From NCBI GenBank assembly GCA_030537155.1, contig JAUNOH010000004.1, positions 30,932-94,931 on the forward strand: a stretch of 64,000 nucleotides of DNA. The letters are read 5' to 3'. Below, one piece after another: positions 54,364 to 64,000 of the stretch. Each line of letters begins with the position of its first letter. Within the stretch, counting starts at the first letter, position 1. A program made the translations under genes and the position numbers. Origin of the DNA: Bacillota bacterium. GTDB lineage: Bacteria > Bacillota_I > Bacilli_A > RFN20 > CAG-826. The notes below the pieces were generated by a model that had not been told where the DNA came from, did no database searches, and saw nothing but the letters and a program-made list of their open reading frames with translations.

Positions 54364-55821
54364 ATGCTGCTTAACATCGAAAAGAAGACGAAGATCGTCT
54401 GCACCATCGGCCCGGCCACCGACAAAAAAGAGAAGGTTTTAGAGCTCTACAAGGCCGGCATGAACGTGATGAGGATCAACTTCTCCCACGGAACCTATGA
54501 GGAGCACCTCCCGAAGATCCAGATCGCCAGGGACCTCGAGAAGCAGGGAATCTACATCCCCGTCGCCCTCGACACCAAAGGACCCGAGATCCGCACCGGC
54601 TATATGGAAAATGGGGCCATCCCCATTGAGGAAGGCCAGGTTTTGAAGATCTCCATGACCCCGGTCATCGGCAACGCCGAAAAGATCTCCGTCTCCTACC
54701 CCGGATTATATGACGACGTCAAAGTCGGCGATTCTCTGTTAATCGACGATGGGAACCTCGAGTTATCCATCACCGGCAAAGACGAGGCCACCCGCGAATT
54801 GACCGTGGTCGCCAAAAACTCCCATACCCTCAAAGACCAGAAGGGCATCAACGCCCCCTTCTCCAGGCTATCGATCCCCTTCATCTCGCCGAAAGATGAG
54901 GCCGACATCAAATTCGGCTGCGAGCAGGATCTCGATATGATCTTCGCCTCCTTCGTCAGGCGTCCCGAGGATGTCTCGGCCATCAAGGTGTGCTGCGCCA
55001 AATACGGCAAGCCCGAGATGCCCATCATCTGCAAGATTGAAAACCCTGAAGGCGTCGAGAAAATCGAGCAGATCATCAAAGCCAGCGACGGTATCATGGT
55101 CGCCAGGGGCGATTTGGGCGTGGAAATCCCGCCTGAGACCCTCCCGGCCCTCCAGGCCAAGATGATCAGGCTCTGCCGCGAATGCGGTAAACCCGTCATC
55201 ACCGCCACCCAGATGCTCGACTCCATGGTCAGCCATCCCCGTCCCACCAGGGCCGAGGTGAGCGACGTCGCCACCGCCATCAACGAATCCTCCGACTGCG
55301 TGATGCTCTCGGCCGAAACTGCCTCCGGCAAATATCCGACCGAGGCCGTCAAGATGCAGGCCGCCATTGCCAAGGAGCAGGAAAAGTATTTAAACTACGA
55401 GAAGCTAGCCATCGAGGCCTACGACACCTCGGAGCACACCAATAACGATGCCATCGCCAACGCCATTTCCAACACGGCCTTGCTCATCGGCGCCAAATTG
55501 ATCATCTGCTTCACCGAGACCGGTAAGTCGACGGATAGGATTTCCAAAGCCCGTCCCTGCTGCCCGGTCGTGGCCGTCAGCAACCGCCGCTCCACCGTCA
55601 TGCACAATGGCCTGATGTGGGGCATCAGCTCGGTCCTCATAAAGACCCCGATGCCCGACTTCATCGAGGAGATGGAGGTCTTGGCCCTTAAGATCGCCAG
55701 GGAGCTAAACTTCAAGCCCGGCGATCCCATCATCTTGGCCGGCGGTACCCCCACCGGGGCCGGCAGGATGAACTTCATGCGCATCATCAACGTCAACTCA
55801 GTGGAAGGATTCTCGTTATGA
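54364..55821 (+). CDS. pyk: Pyruvate kinase (no C-terminal PEP-utilizer extension)
   Basis: 485 aa with MNVMRINFSHG, DTKGPEIR and MVARGDLGVEIP. Confidence 0.96.
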   Translation: MLLNIEKKTKIVCTIGPATDKKEKVLELYKAGMNVMRINFSHGTYEEHLPKIQIARDLEKQGIYIPVALDTKGPEIRTGYMENGAIPIEEGQVLKISMTPVIGNAEKISVSYPGLYDDVKVGDSLLIDDGNLELSITGKDEATRELTVVAKNSHTLKDQKGINAPFSRLSIPFISPKDEADIKFGCEQDLDMIFASFVRRPEDVSAIKVCCAKYGKPEMPIICKIENPEGVEKIEQIIKASDGIMVARGDLGVEIPPETLPALQAKMIRLCRECGKPVITATQMLDSMVSHPRPTRAEVSDVATAINESSDCVMLSAETASGKYPTEAVKMQAAIAKEQEKYLNYEKLAIEAYDTSEHTNNDAIANAISNTALLIGAKLIICFTETGKSTDRISKARPCCPVVAVSNRRSTVMHNGLMWGISSVLIKTPMPDFIEEMEVLALKIARELNFKPGDPIILAGGTPTGAGRMNFMRIINVNSVEGFSL

Positions 55822-56660
55822 AAAAAGTAATCTCGCTTGATATCGGCGGCACCAACACCCGCGTCGCTTTGATCAACGAGAAATACAAAATCGAGAAAGT
55901 CGTCATCAACCCGACCCTTTTGGGCAATAAGGATGCCTTCCTTTCCTCGGTGGGCGCCACCATCGACCAATGCGTGGGGAAGGATTTCAAGGACGTCGTC
56001 GCCATCGCCGGGGGTCTTCCCGGGCGCATCAACATGTCTGGCCACATCGACGCTTTGCCCAATATCGGCATCGAGGATGTCGATTTGGCCGAATACCTCC
56101 ACAAGAGGTTTGGCCTAAAGACCTATATCGCCAACGACGCCTCCGTGGCCGCCTTAAGCGAGGCCAACGTCGGTCCCCACAAAAAGTATAAGTCCCTCTA
56201 TTTCATCACCGTCTCAACCGGCGTCGGAGGGGCCCTTTGCATCGATGGGAAACTCCGTCGCCATAGCGATGAGATCGGACATACCCTCTTCTGCTCGGGA
56301 CATGGCAACTACCACGAATTCGAGCACATGGTCTCCGGCACCTACCTGCCTAGGCTTGGCAAGGAAGATGGAATCGAGGTCGCCTCGGCCTTCGACTTCT
56401 TCGTCGGGGTCAAGAATAAGATCGATTCCCTGATGCCGACTTATTGGAATTGGCTCGATCTATTCGCCCGCTTCATCAAGTCGATCCAGGATGCCTTCCA
56501 GCCCGAGGTCTTCGTCTTGACCGGCGGCGTCATGAAAAGCGCGGACGTCTTCTGGGACGATCTGAGGCAAAGATGCCCGGAGAGCAACCTCCAGAAGTGC
56601 CACTTCTCCCAGGAGGCCGGATTGATCGGGGCCGCCGTCTACGGCTTCCAAAACGCCTAA
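55818..56660 (+). CDS. ROK-family sugar kinase (glucokinase-like)
   Basis: 280 aa with an N-terminal ATP-binding DIGGTNTR and an ROK-like central region. Its ATGA overlaps the pyk stop. Confidence 0.7.
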   Translation: MKKVISLDIGGTNTRVALINEKYKIEKVVINPTLLGNKDAFLSSVGATIDQCVGKDFKDVVAIAGGLPGRINMSGHIDALPNIGIEDVDLAEYLHKRFGLKTYIANDASVAALSEANVGPHKKYKSLYFITVSTGVGGALCIDGKLRRHSDEIGHTLFCSGHGNYHEFEHMVSGTYLPRLGKEDGIEVASAFDFFVGVKNKIDSLMPTYWNWLDLFARFIKSIQDAFQPEVFVLTGGVMKSADVFWDDLRQRCPESNLQKCHFSQEAGLIGAAVYGFQNA

Positions 56661-56680
56661 GGGAAACAAAAAATAAAGCC

Positions 56681-56708
56681 AAAGCCCCAACTCGGGGTTT
56701 TTCATTTT
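56681..56708 (+). terminator. Intrinsic terminator of the pfkA-pyk-ROK operon
   Basis: AAAGCCCC-AACTC-GGGGTTTT stem followed by a T-rich run. Confidence 0.75.
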
Positions 56709-56749
56709 GCCATGTGGAACCGCTATCAAAAAATATGTTATCGAAAGGC

Positions 56750-56778
56750 TTGAACATGTTTGTTAGTTAGACTAAACT
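56750..56778 (+). promoter_or_regulatory. Orphan sigma-A-type promoter (TTGAAC-17-TAAACT)
   Basis: -35 at 56750-56755, a 17-nt spacer and -10 at 56773-56778. No ORF follows it. Confidence 0.5.
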
Positions 56779-56784
56779 AACGGT

Positions 56785-56874
56785 GTTCTGGGAAGCATCC
56801 ATTTGTTGGAACCTCCTTAACCACTTTCCCGGAATACCTGCAAAAGCCGATGGTCCTGAGCCCTCGGCTTTTTA
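56785..56874 (+). ncRNA. Candidate small RNA of about 90 nt, unknown class
   Basis: It is bounded by the orphan promoter and by an intrinsic terminator (AAGCCGATGG-TCCTGAG-CCCTCGGCTT plus TTTTT, 56844-56874). It contains a CCUCCUU anti-SD-like tract at about 56812-56818 and has no coding potential. Confidence 0.4.
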
Positions 56875-56887
56875 ATTTATATATGGA

Positions 56888-56917
56888 TAAAAGAAAAGCC
56901 CCGAACGAATCGGGGCT
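56888..56917 (-). terminator. Intrinsic terminator of eno
   Basis: Minus strand AGCCCCGA-TTCGT-TCGGGGCT followed by TTTTCTTTT. Confidence 0.85.
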
Positions 56918-56936
56918 TTGGTCTACTTAGATAGCC

Positions 56937-58280
<1,344 letters not shown>

Positions 58281-58394
58281 TTACCAGGCTGATTATAGCC
58301 AAATAGTAGCGATTTGGTAAAGGGTTACCCCCTCTTTTAAGAGGAATGTCGGATTTTTGGGGTATTTTGTTCGTTTTGGTTCTATACTTCTCCC

Positions 58395-60554
58395 ATGAAT
58401 AAGAAAGCTCTGCTGGCGGGGATAGCCTCCGCCTTCCTGTTGCTGGGTTGCTCCGGGCCGACCGGCAGCTCCAGCGACTATGCCTCGATGATCGTGGCCA
58501 ACAACAATCAGGCCGACTACGTCCCGATCACCTACTCCGGCAATTCCGATGAGGTTACGCCCAAATATTTCAACGATGCCTCCACCCAAAACGTCACCCC
58601 GCTTGGCTATGGGCTGATGGCCGTCACCACCGAACACGGCTACGTCGGGTTTTATTCGCTATTCTATGGCGATTACCTCGTTCAGCCCCGCTTCATCCCG
58701 GAGTATCTCTCGTATTCGGTTTCCGCTTGCGAAATCGGCTCGATCCTCAAGATCAACTACCGGAACAACACCTACTATTACGACAGCATGGGCAATAGTC
58801 TCCTCCGCATCGTCTACTCCTCCAGCAACAACCGCTATAGCCTCTATGTCTATGACCGCAGCATCTCCAGTAGCGCCCTCGCCCCGGAGATCACCCAGAT
58901 CGACGGGAAGGATTTCACCTTCATCACCGACGAGGACGGCGATCAAACCTACACCTACATCGTCTGCCGCACCAACACGACCAGCTACCACTATGGCATC
59001 TACGATAACTCCACCGGCAAGATAACCACCCTCTCCACCAACCCCCTGATCGGCTTGGTCGATAGCAGCTATGAGGCCGGGGACACCTACTTCGACCGTG
59101 GCTATACCGACTTAAGCGACTATGGCATGGCCGAGGGCTACTACCTATATCAGCCCTCCTCCAACTACTACGTCGTCATGAAATCGGGCGTCTTGGTCTG
59201 CTCCTTCACCCTCCCGGAGACGGCGGCAATGGCCATCTATGATGGCAAGATCCTCTACCAATACTCGACCATCCTCCCCGACGATAGCGCAACCTACGAC
59301 TACTTCACCTCGGCCTATGATGAGGAAAGTGGGGGCTACGTCACCACCAAATACGACCTCTCGACCTTCTCCCTCGACCTCATCTCCGGGGAACCGGTCG
59401 ACATCATCGTCAACTACGTCATGACGAGTTTGAGCCCCTTTAAGGACGAGAACGGCATCTATAACTATGGGGTGGCCGAGGCCAACGCCATCGAGAGCAA
59501 CCTCTCCCTCTCCAAGAGTGACGAGACCTATATCCTCTCCTCCACCGGCTCTATCTTCTATAACGCCACCAGCAAATCGGTCAACGACATCATCAAGCTG
59601 GACGATGACCACTACTACGACACCGCCCAGAAGATCCTCTACGACGCCGATTTGAACGTCATTTCCTTCCTCACCGGCGTCAGCAATGTCAGCGTCGACC
59701 GTTCGGGCGAGTTGATCATCGGCTCCATCAACGGCTTCTACGGGGCGATGGACTACAACCTGAAAGTCGTGATTCCCTTCGAATACGAGACGAGTTTCAC
59801 CCGTTGCGAGAACGGCTATACCATGGCCAGCAAAAACGGGGTCTACTACCGCATAAAACTGGAGGACTCCTCCGCCGAGGAACTCGGTCAAATCGAATTG
59901 AACCAAATCGCCCAGGGCTGCTATTACTACTACGAGGAGAATAGCGAGGGCGGCTATGACTTCACCTTCCTTAGCTCCGAGAAGCAGCTCGGTGAGACCG
60001 TCAACGTCTCCGAGTCGACCATCGACGCCGGCTACGTCAGCTGCTCCCTCAATAACTCCTCCTACGCCTACGCCATCCTCCGCGATAGCGACGAAGAGGG
60101 TAACGTCTACTACGTGAGCGAGACCTTCTACACCACCCCCTTCCCCAATTCCTCGAGCTTCCAGCCAAGCGCAAACGGGGAGGAATTGACGGCCGAATAC
60201 GAGATCGGCGACTCCTTCGAGAACGCCCTCAGCCTGGCCGTCGGAGGCAATAACCTATTGACCATCACGAGCCAGTCCGGCAACTTCTATAGCCTCGATG
60301 TGCTGTATGGATACAGTTATCAGTTCTCCTTCTCGTCTCCCGTATACGCCAGCATCTATGGCCTCGATGAGGAATCCGGGGAGTATACGGCCCTAAGTTC
60401 CTACTCGGAGAGTGCCCGTAGCGAGCTCTCCTATAGCCCGAGCGAATCCGGCACCGTCTACCTCCAGATAGCCGACCCCTCCTTCCCCGAGATCTCCTCC
60501 AGCGGGAACGGCTTCTCCAACTACATCCTGAATATCTCCAGGAACTCCAACTAA
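58395..60554 (+). CDS. Large lipoprotein, function unknown (WG/KWG-like repeats; PPC-like C-terminal domain)
   Basis: Signal peptide with lipobox LLLGC|S. It is rich in Ser, Tyr, Asn and Asp. Segments such as NGFYGAMDYNLKVVIPFEYE resemble WG-containing repeats. The last ~110 aa (GDSFENALSLAVGGNN...FYSLDV...YQFSF...VYLQI) resemble a pre-peptidase C-terminal domain. No SD. Confidence 0.8.
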   Translation: MNKKALLAGIASAFLLLGCSGPTGSSSDYASMIVANNNQADYVPITYSGNSDEVTPKYFNDASTQNVTPLGYGLMAVTTEHGYVGFYSLFYGDYLVQPRFIPEYLSYSVSACEIGSILKINYRNNTYYYDSMGNSLLRIVYSSSNNRYSLYVYDRSISSSALAPEITQIDGKDFTFITDEDGDQTYTYIVCRTNTTSYHYGIYDNSTGKITTLSTNPLIGLVDSSYEAGDTYFDRGYTDLSDYGMAEGYYLYQPSSNYYVVMKSGVLVCSFTLPETAAMAIYDGKILYQYSTILPDDSATYDYFTSAYDEESGGYVTTKYDLSTFSLDLISGEPVDIIVNYVMTSLSPFKDENGIYNYGVAEANAIESNLSLSKSDETYILSSTGSIFYNATSKSVNDIIKLDDDHYYDTAQKILYDADLNVISFLTGVSNVSVDRSGELIIGSINGFYGAMDYNLKVVIPFEYETSFTRCENGYTMASKNGVYYRIKLEDSSAEELGQIELNQIAQGCYYYYEENSEGGYDFTFLSSEKQLGETVNVSESTIDAGYVSCSLNNSSYAYAILRDSDEEGNVYYVSETFYTTPFPNSSSFQPSANGEELTAEYEIGDSFENALSLAVGGNNLLTITSQSGNFYSLDVLYGYSYQFSFSSPVYASIYGLDEESGEYTALSSYSESARSELSYSPSESGTVYLQIADPSFPEISSSGNGFSNYILNISRNSN

Positions 60555-60558
60555 ACAT

Positions 60559-60590
60559 GACCCCGCCGCCAAAGGCGGGGTTTTCATTTT
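60559..60590 (+). terminator. Intrinsic terminator
   Basis: CCCCGCC-GCCAAA-GGCGGGG followed by TTTTCATTTT. Confidence 0.85.
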
Positions 60591-60662
60591 CCGGATTAGG
60601 TGCTTTTTGAATCCATTTCCTTGAATTTGAGAATTCAACCCGCATACTATTAAGCGTAAAAA

Positions 60663-61298
60663 ATGGAACAGCAGAACCGCCGCTACGTAAACGATCCCCG
60701 CGAGGAGATGTACTCCTACGGGAGAGATATATTGCTCCACCACACCTATAGGCAGCTTCTTTCCTTCCGCCAGCACCATAGGTCGAATACCTACCGCCAC
60801 TCGGTAAACGTCTGCCTGAGGGCTTTATTGTTTGCCAAGGAAAACTGCATCAAGGTTGATGTGCCGAGCTTAGTCCGGGCCTCTTTATTGCACGACTATT
60901 ACCTCTATGACTGGCATATAAAGCCCCATCCGAAGAAGCACGCCACCATGCACCCGATGCGGGCGGCCGAAAACGCCGAGAGGGACTTTGGCCTCAACCC
61001 CAGGGAGAGGAAGGCCATCGAGAGCCACATGTGGCCGATCGCCTTCAAGAGGATCCCCCAATCCCGCGAGGCCTGGATCATCTGCTACGCCGATAAGTGC
61101 GTGGCCATCAACGAGGTCTTCGGCTGGAAGCAGAAGATCGAGCGTCAGGCCCTGAGGGAGATCCGCCTCCAGAAGAAGGTCAGCGCCCTCTCCCGCTTAG
61201 CCGGCAACCCCAATTTTGCCCGTGGCAGCATCCGTTATGGTCTATTTAAGAGAATTAGATACCGCATCAATAGAAGGCGTTCTAAAGCTGCTATTTGA
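60663..61298 (+). CDS. HD-domain phosphohydrolase family protein
   Basis: 211 aa with H...HD metal-binding residues (HSVNV...SLLHDYYLYDW). Candidate promoter TTGAAT-18-TACTAT at 60621-60650. The basic C-terminal tail overlaps the next gene. Confidence 0.7.
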   Translation: MEQQNRRYVNDPREEMYSYGRDILLHHTYRQLLSFRQHHRSNTYRHSVNVCLRALLFAKENCIKVDVPSLVRASLLHDYYLYDWHIKPHPKKHATMHPMRAAENAERDFGLNPRERKAIESHMWPIAFKRIPQSREAWIICYADKCVAINEVFGWKQKIERQALREIRLQKKVSALSRLAGNPNFARGSIRYGLFKRIRYRINRRRSKAAI

Positions 61299-61710
61299 GG
61301 TTAACGCCCTCCACCACGAGGGGAGGCCCGACCTCTTTAAGGGCGGGATAAGCAAGTATGACGAATCCGAGCTGAAAGCTAGGATCGGAGATAAGGATAA
61401 CCCGATAATCGTGGCCCACGGCGAGGATGGGTCGGTTTTGGGCTACGTGATGCTGGAGCTGGAGGATAAGGATGAAACCCGCCTCAAGCCGGCCTGCAAA
61501 ACGCTATATATCGATGATCTATGCGTTTCTTCCCCCCATCGGGGAGAAGGCATTGGCAAATCCTTATATATGAAGGCTAAGGAGATAGCCAGGCAGATGG
61601 GCTGCCATAACCTCACCCTCCATAGCTGGGGGCTAAACGGGAATGCGACCGCCTTCTATGAGCATCTGGGCATGAAGGTGATGTTCACCTGCTTCGAGGA
61701 AGTGCTCTGA
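61237..61710 (+). CDS. GNAT-family N-acetyltransferase
   Basis: The start MVYLRELDTASIEGVL is typical of GNAT proteins. The acetyl-CoA motif is HRGEGIGKSL. The track ORF starts at 61216. Confidence 0.8.
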   Translation: MVYLRELDTASIEGVLKLLFEVNALHHEGRPDLFKGGISKYDESELKARIGDKDNPIIVAHGEDGSVLGYVMLELEDKDETRLKPACKTLYIDDLCVSSPHRGEGIGKSLYMKAKEIARQMGCHNLTLHSWGLNGNATAFYEHLGMKVMFTCFEEVL

Positions 61711-61728
61711 TTCGCATGATCACTCGTC

Positions 61729-61756
61729 TTGACTTAGCGAAATAGCAATCTAGAAT
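61729..61756 (+). promoter_or_regulatory. Sigma-A promoter of the thrS leader (TTGACT-16-TAGAAT)
   Basis: -35 at 61729-61734 and -10 at 61751-61756. Confidence 0.7.
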
Positions 61757-61762
61757 AAAGGC

Positions 61763-61945
61763 GCGTTGAAGGAGACACGCTTAAAGCCGCAAGGCTATGA
61801 AGTACCACTCCGGAGCACCTGGGGAAATAACTCAGGCGTCGCACCCCGCGTTAAGGGGCAGGCTAAGGGCATGGCATATCGCCATGAAGTAAGGTGGTAC
61901 CGCGTGGAAGCGTCCTTATGTGGGGCGTTTTTTATTTTATTGGAG
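61763..61945 (+). promoter_or_regulatory. T-box riboswitch leader of thrS
   Basis: T-box core AAGGTGGTACCGCG (61891-61904), then terminator AAGCGTCC-loop-GGGCGTTT plus TTTTTATTTT and RBS GGAGG. The candidate specifier is ACC in GAAGTACCACT. Confidence 0.88.
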
Positions 61946-61953
61946 GTAAAGAC

Positions 61954-63858
61954 ATGAAAATCGTCTATCAGGAAAAAGAATACGAATTGGAAGATGGCTC
62001 CAATGGCTTTCTGGCCATCAAAACCCTCGACCCCGAGAAGAAGAAACTGGCGATAGCCTATAAGCAGGATGGCGTCATCCTCGATATGGGCGTCCCCGTC
62101 AAAGAGGGTGAGATCTCCTTCGTCTATCCCGAGGATAAGGAGGGCTTTGAGATGCTGAACCACTCCTCGGCCCACCTCATGGCCCAGGCCTTGAAGCATC
62201 TATATCCCGGCTGCCTCTTCGGCTTTGGCCCCTCGATTGAGGAGGGTTTCTATTACGACGTCGATTTCGGGGATAGGGTCATCACCGAGGCCGATTTCCC
62301 GAAGATCGAGGAGGAGATGAAGAAGCTATCCAAGCAGGCCATCCCCTATAAGCGGAGGGAAATCTCCAAAGAGGAGGCCATGGAGGTCTTCAAGGACAAC
62401 CACTATAAGTTGGAGAGGATTTCCGAATTCGGCGATGACGAGGTCATCTCCTGCTACGAGCAGGGCGACTTCACCGACCTCTGCCACGGGCCCCACGTCC
62501 CCAACACCTCCTATCTGAAGCACTTCAAGCTTCTCTCTTTGGCCGGCGCCTACTGGCGGGGCGATAGCAACAACAAGCAGCTCACCAGGATCTACGCGAC
62601 CTGCTGGCCGAGCGAGGAGGCCTTGAAAAACTACCTCGAGCTCCTCGAGAAAAGAAAGGCCAACGACCACCGTAAGCTCGGCAGGGAATTGGGTTTATTC
62701 ATGCTCTCGGAGCATGCGCCCGGCATGCCCTTCTTCCTACCCAAGGGGATGGATTTGATGAATAACCTCCTCGAATACTGGAGGGAGGTCCATAAGCGGC
62801 ATGGCTATAAGGAGATCTACACCCCGACCATGATGAACCGTTCCCTATGGGAACTCTCGGGCCACTGGGACCATTACAAGGAGAATATGTACACCACCAA
62901 GGTGGATGAGGAAGACTACGCCATCAAGCCGATGAACTGCCCCGGCGCCATGCTCGTCTACAATAACTCCATCCACTCCTACCGCGATCTGCCATTACGT
63001 CTGGCTGAGCTGGGCCACGTCCACCGCCACGAGGCCTCCGGGGCCTTAAACGGCTTATTCCGCGTCCGGGCCTTCACCCAAGACGATTCCCATATCTTCG
63101 TCAGGCTCGATCAAATCGAGGACGAGGTTAAGCGGATCATGGCCTTATTCGATGAGGTCTACACCGTCTTCGGGCTCTCCTATAAGATCGTCTTGTCCAC
63201 CCGCCCCGAATCCAACTACATCGGCACCCCCGAATACTGGGAGAAGACCGAGAAGGTTTTGGCGGAGGCTTGCCTCCATTCCGGGCACGAATTCCAGATC
63301 AATGAGGGCGACGGGGCCTTCTATGGCCCGAAGCTCGACTTCAAATTGAAGGATACCATGGGCAGGACCTGGCAGTGCGGCACCATCCAATTGGACGTCA
63401 ACCTCCCCCACCGCTTCGGCTGCTACTATATCGATGAGAAGGGCGAGAAGGTCGAGCCGGTGATGTTGCACCGCGTCGTCTTCGGCTCCATCGAGCGTTT
63501 CATCGGCATCATCATCGAGAACTTCGGCGGGGCCTTCCCGACTTGGCTGGCCCCCACCCAGGTGAGACTATTGCCGGTCAATCCCGAGATCCATGGCGAA
63601 TACGCCAAGGAAGTCGAAGCCAAGCTAAAGGAAGCTGGGCTCCGCGTCGAGCTCGACGATAGCAACGAGAAACTCGGCTATCGCTTACGTAACGCCCAGG
63701 TCGAGAAGATCCCATATACCCTAGTCATCGGGGGAAACGAGATGGAGACGGGCTCCGTCACCTACCGCCTCTATGGCCAAAAGGATCAGATCAACGTCTC
63801 GGTCGATGAGTTCATCAAGATCATCAAAGAGGCGATCGAAAGCAAGGCCAGGTTATAA
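61954..63858 (+). CDS. thrS: Threonine--tRNA ligase
   Basis: 634 aa from ATG 61954 (the track ORF starts inside the leader at 61894). It has a TGS N-terminus, class II motifs (RDLPLRLAE, HRHEASGAL) and a C-terminal anticodon-binding domain. Confidence 0.97.
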   Translation: MKIVYQEKEYELEDGSNGFLAIKTLDPEKKKLAIAYKQDGVILDMGVPVKEGEISFVYPEDKEGFEMLNHSSAHLMAQALKHLYPGCLFGFGPSIEEGFYYDVDFGDRVITEADFPKIEEEMKKLSKQAIPYKRREISKEEAMEVFKDNHYKLERISEFGDDEVISCYEQGDFTDLCHGPHVPNTSYLKHFKLLSLAGAYWRGDSNNKQLTRIYATCWPSEEALKNYLELLEKRKANDHRKLGRELGLFMLSEHAPGMPFFLPKGMDLMNNLLEYWREVHKRHGYKEIYTPTMMNRSLWELSGHWDHYKENMYTTKVDEEDYAIKPMNCPGAMLVYNNSIHSYRDLPLRLAELGHVHRHEASGALNGLFRVRAFTQDDSHIFVRLDQIEDEVKRIMALFDEVYTVFGLSYKIVLSTRPESNYIGTPEYWEKTEKVLAEACLHSGHEFQINEGDGAFYGPKLDFKLKDTMGRTWQCGTIQLDVNLPHRFGCYYIDEKGEKVEPVMLHRVVFGSIERFIGIIIENFGGAFPTWLAPTQVRLLPVNPEIHGEYAKEVEAKLKEAGLRVELDDSNEKLGYRLRNAQVEKIPYTLVIGGNEMETGSVTYRLYGQKDQINVSVDEFIKIIKEAIESKARL

Positions 63859-63867
63859 ATGACAAAT

Positions 63868-63900
63868 ACCACGTCGGGGTGACCCGGCGTGGTTTTCTTT
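63868..63900 (+). terminator. Intrinsic terminator of thrS
   Basis: ACCACGTCGGG-GTGA-CCCGGCGTGGT stem followed by TTTTCTTTT. Confidence 0.85.
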
Positions 63901-63906
63901 TGGGCG

Positions 63907-64000
63907 TCAATCTTTCAGACAGGTAATAGGGACGACGTAAACGCCGTCTTCCCTCTTAAAAGCGATGCTTCCTCCGGTGATGACCACCTTCAAATCTGGC
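63907..64000 (-). CDS. 3' end of an unidentified convergent gene (...PDLKVVITGGSIAFKREDGVYVVPITCLKD*)
   Basis: An open frame on the minus strand ends at TGA (63909-63907). Only 31 codons are visible. Confidence 0.4.
   Translation of the reverse strand, partial: PDLKVVITGGSIAFKREDGVYVVPITCLKD

Noticed and set aside
56785-56874. The candidate sRNA might be SRP (4.5S/scRNA) RNA, because it contains GGGAAGCA and CCGGAA.
   Set aside because: The order and pairing of the motifs do not reproduce the domain IV symmetric loop and GNRA tetraloop arrangement (..GGUCCGGAAGGAAGCAGCC..). No extended helix can be drawn.

Overview
This is a compact, almost entirely housekeeping chromosomal segment from a Bacillota genome that looks Bacilli- or Mollicutes-like. 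By eye the GC content is about mid-50s percent. The standard genetic code applies, because TGA is clearly used as a stop (dnaE, glgP, pheT, dnaB). I call 47 complete CDS (one of them a tentative 36-aa ORF), 2 edge fragments, 1 tRNA-Arg(UCU), 4 T-box leaders (valS, ileS, pheST, thrS), and several intrinsic terminators and sigma-A-type promoters. From what I remember of the B. subtilis map, the gene content reads as a condensed version of three of its neighbourhoods: tig-lon-engB...valS; uvrC/mutS2/rnhC/pheST/ysgA; and the dcw cluster-ileS-lspA-rluD plus dnaE/polA-mutM-coaE/dnaB-dnaI/pfkA-pyk/thrS. It also carries a glycogen/maltodextrin block (GH13 glucosidase, glgB, glgP), a heterodimeric ABC exporter, ackA, nrnA, eno and a large lipoprotein. 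I saw no transposase, integrase, phage, CRISPR or recognisable defence genes, and I did not find a convincing novel multi-gene system. The window looks like core genome. The most noteworthy observations are these. (1) A conserved ~65-nt upstream module occurs three times in front of small or unknown genes. (2) A 36-aa Fst-like hydrophobic peptide ORF with a convergent terminator lies in the only gene-poor stretch and is a type I toxin-antitoxin candidate. (3) A -10 hexamer sits 6-7 nt upstream of ATG with no Shine-Dalgarno at six or more genes, which suggests leaderless mRNAs. (4) The dcw cluster is collapsed to mraZ-rsmH-small TM-ftsA-ftsZ. (5) Fpg and CoaE are joined in one continuous ORF. 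(6) An orphan promoter-plus-terminator unit is a candidate sRNA of about 90 nt. (7) Two DnaA boxes lie upstream of dnaB-dnaI, inside a block of lower GC. All functional calls rest on motifs I can read in the translations and on synteny; no searches were run.
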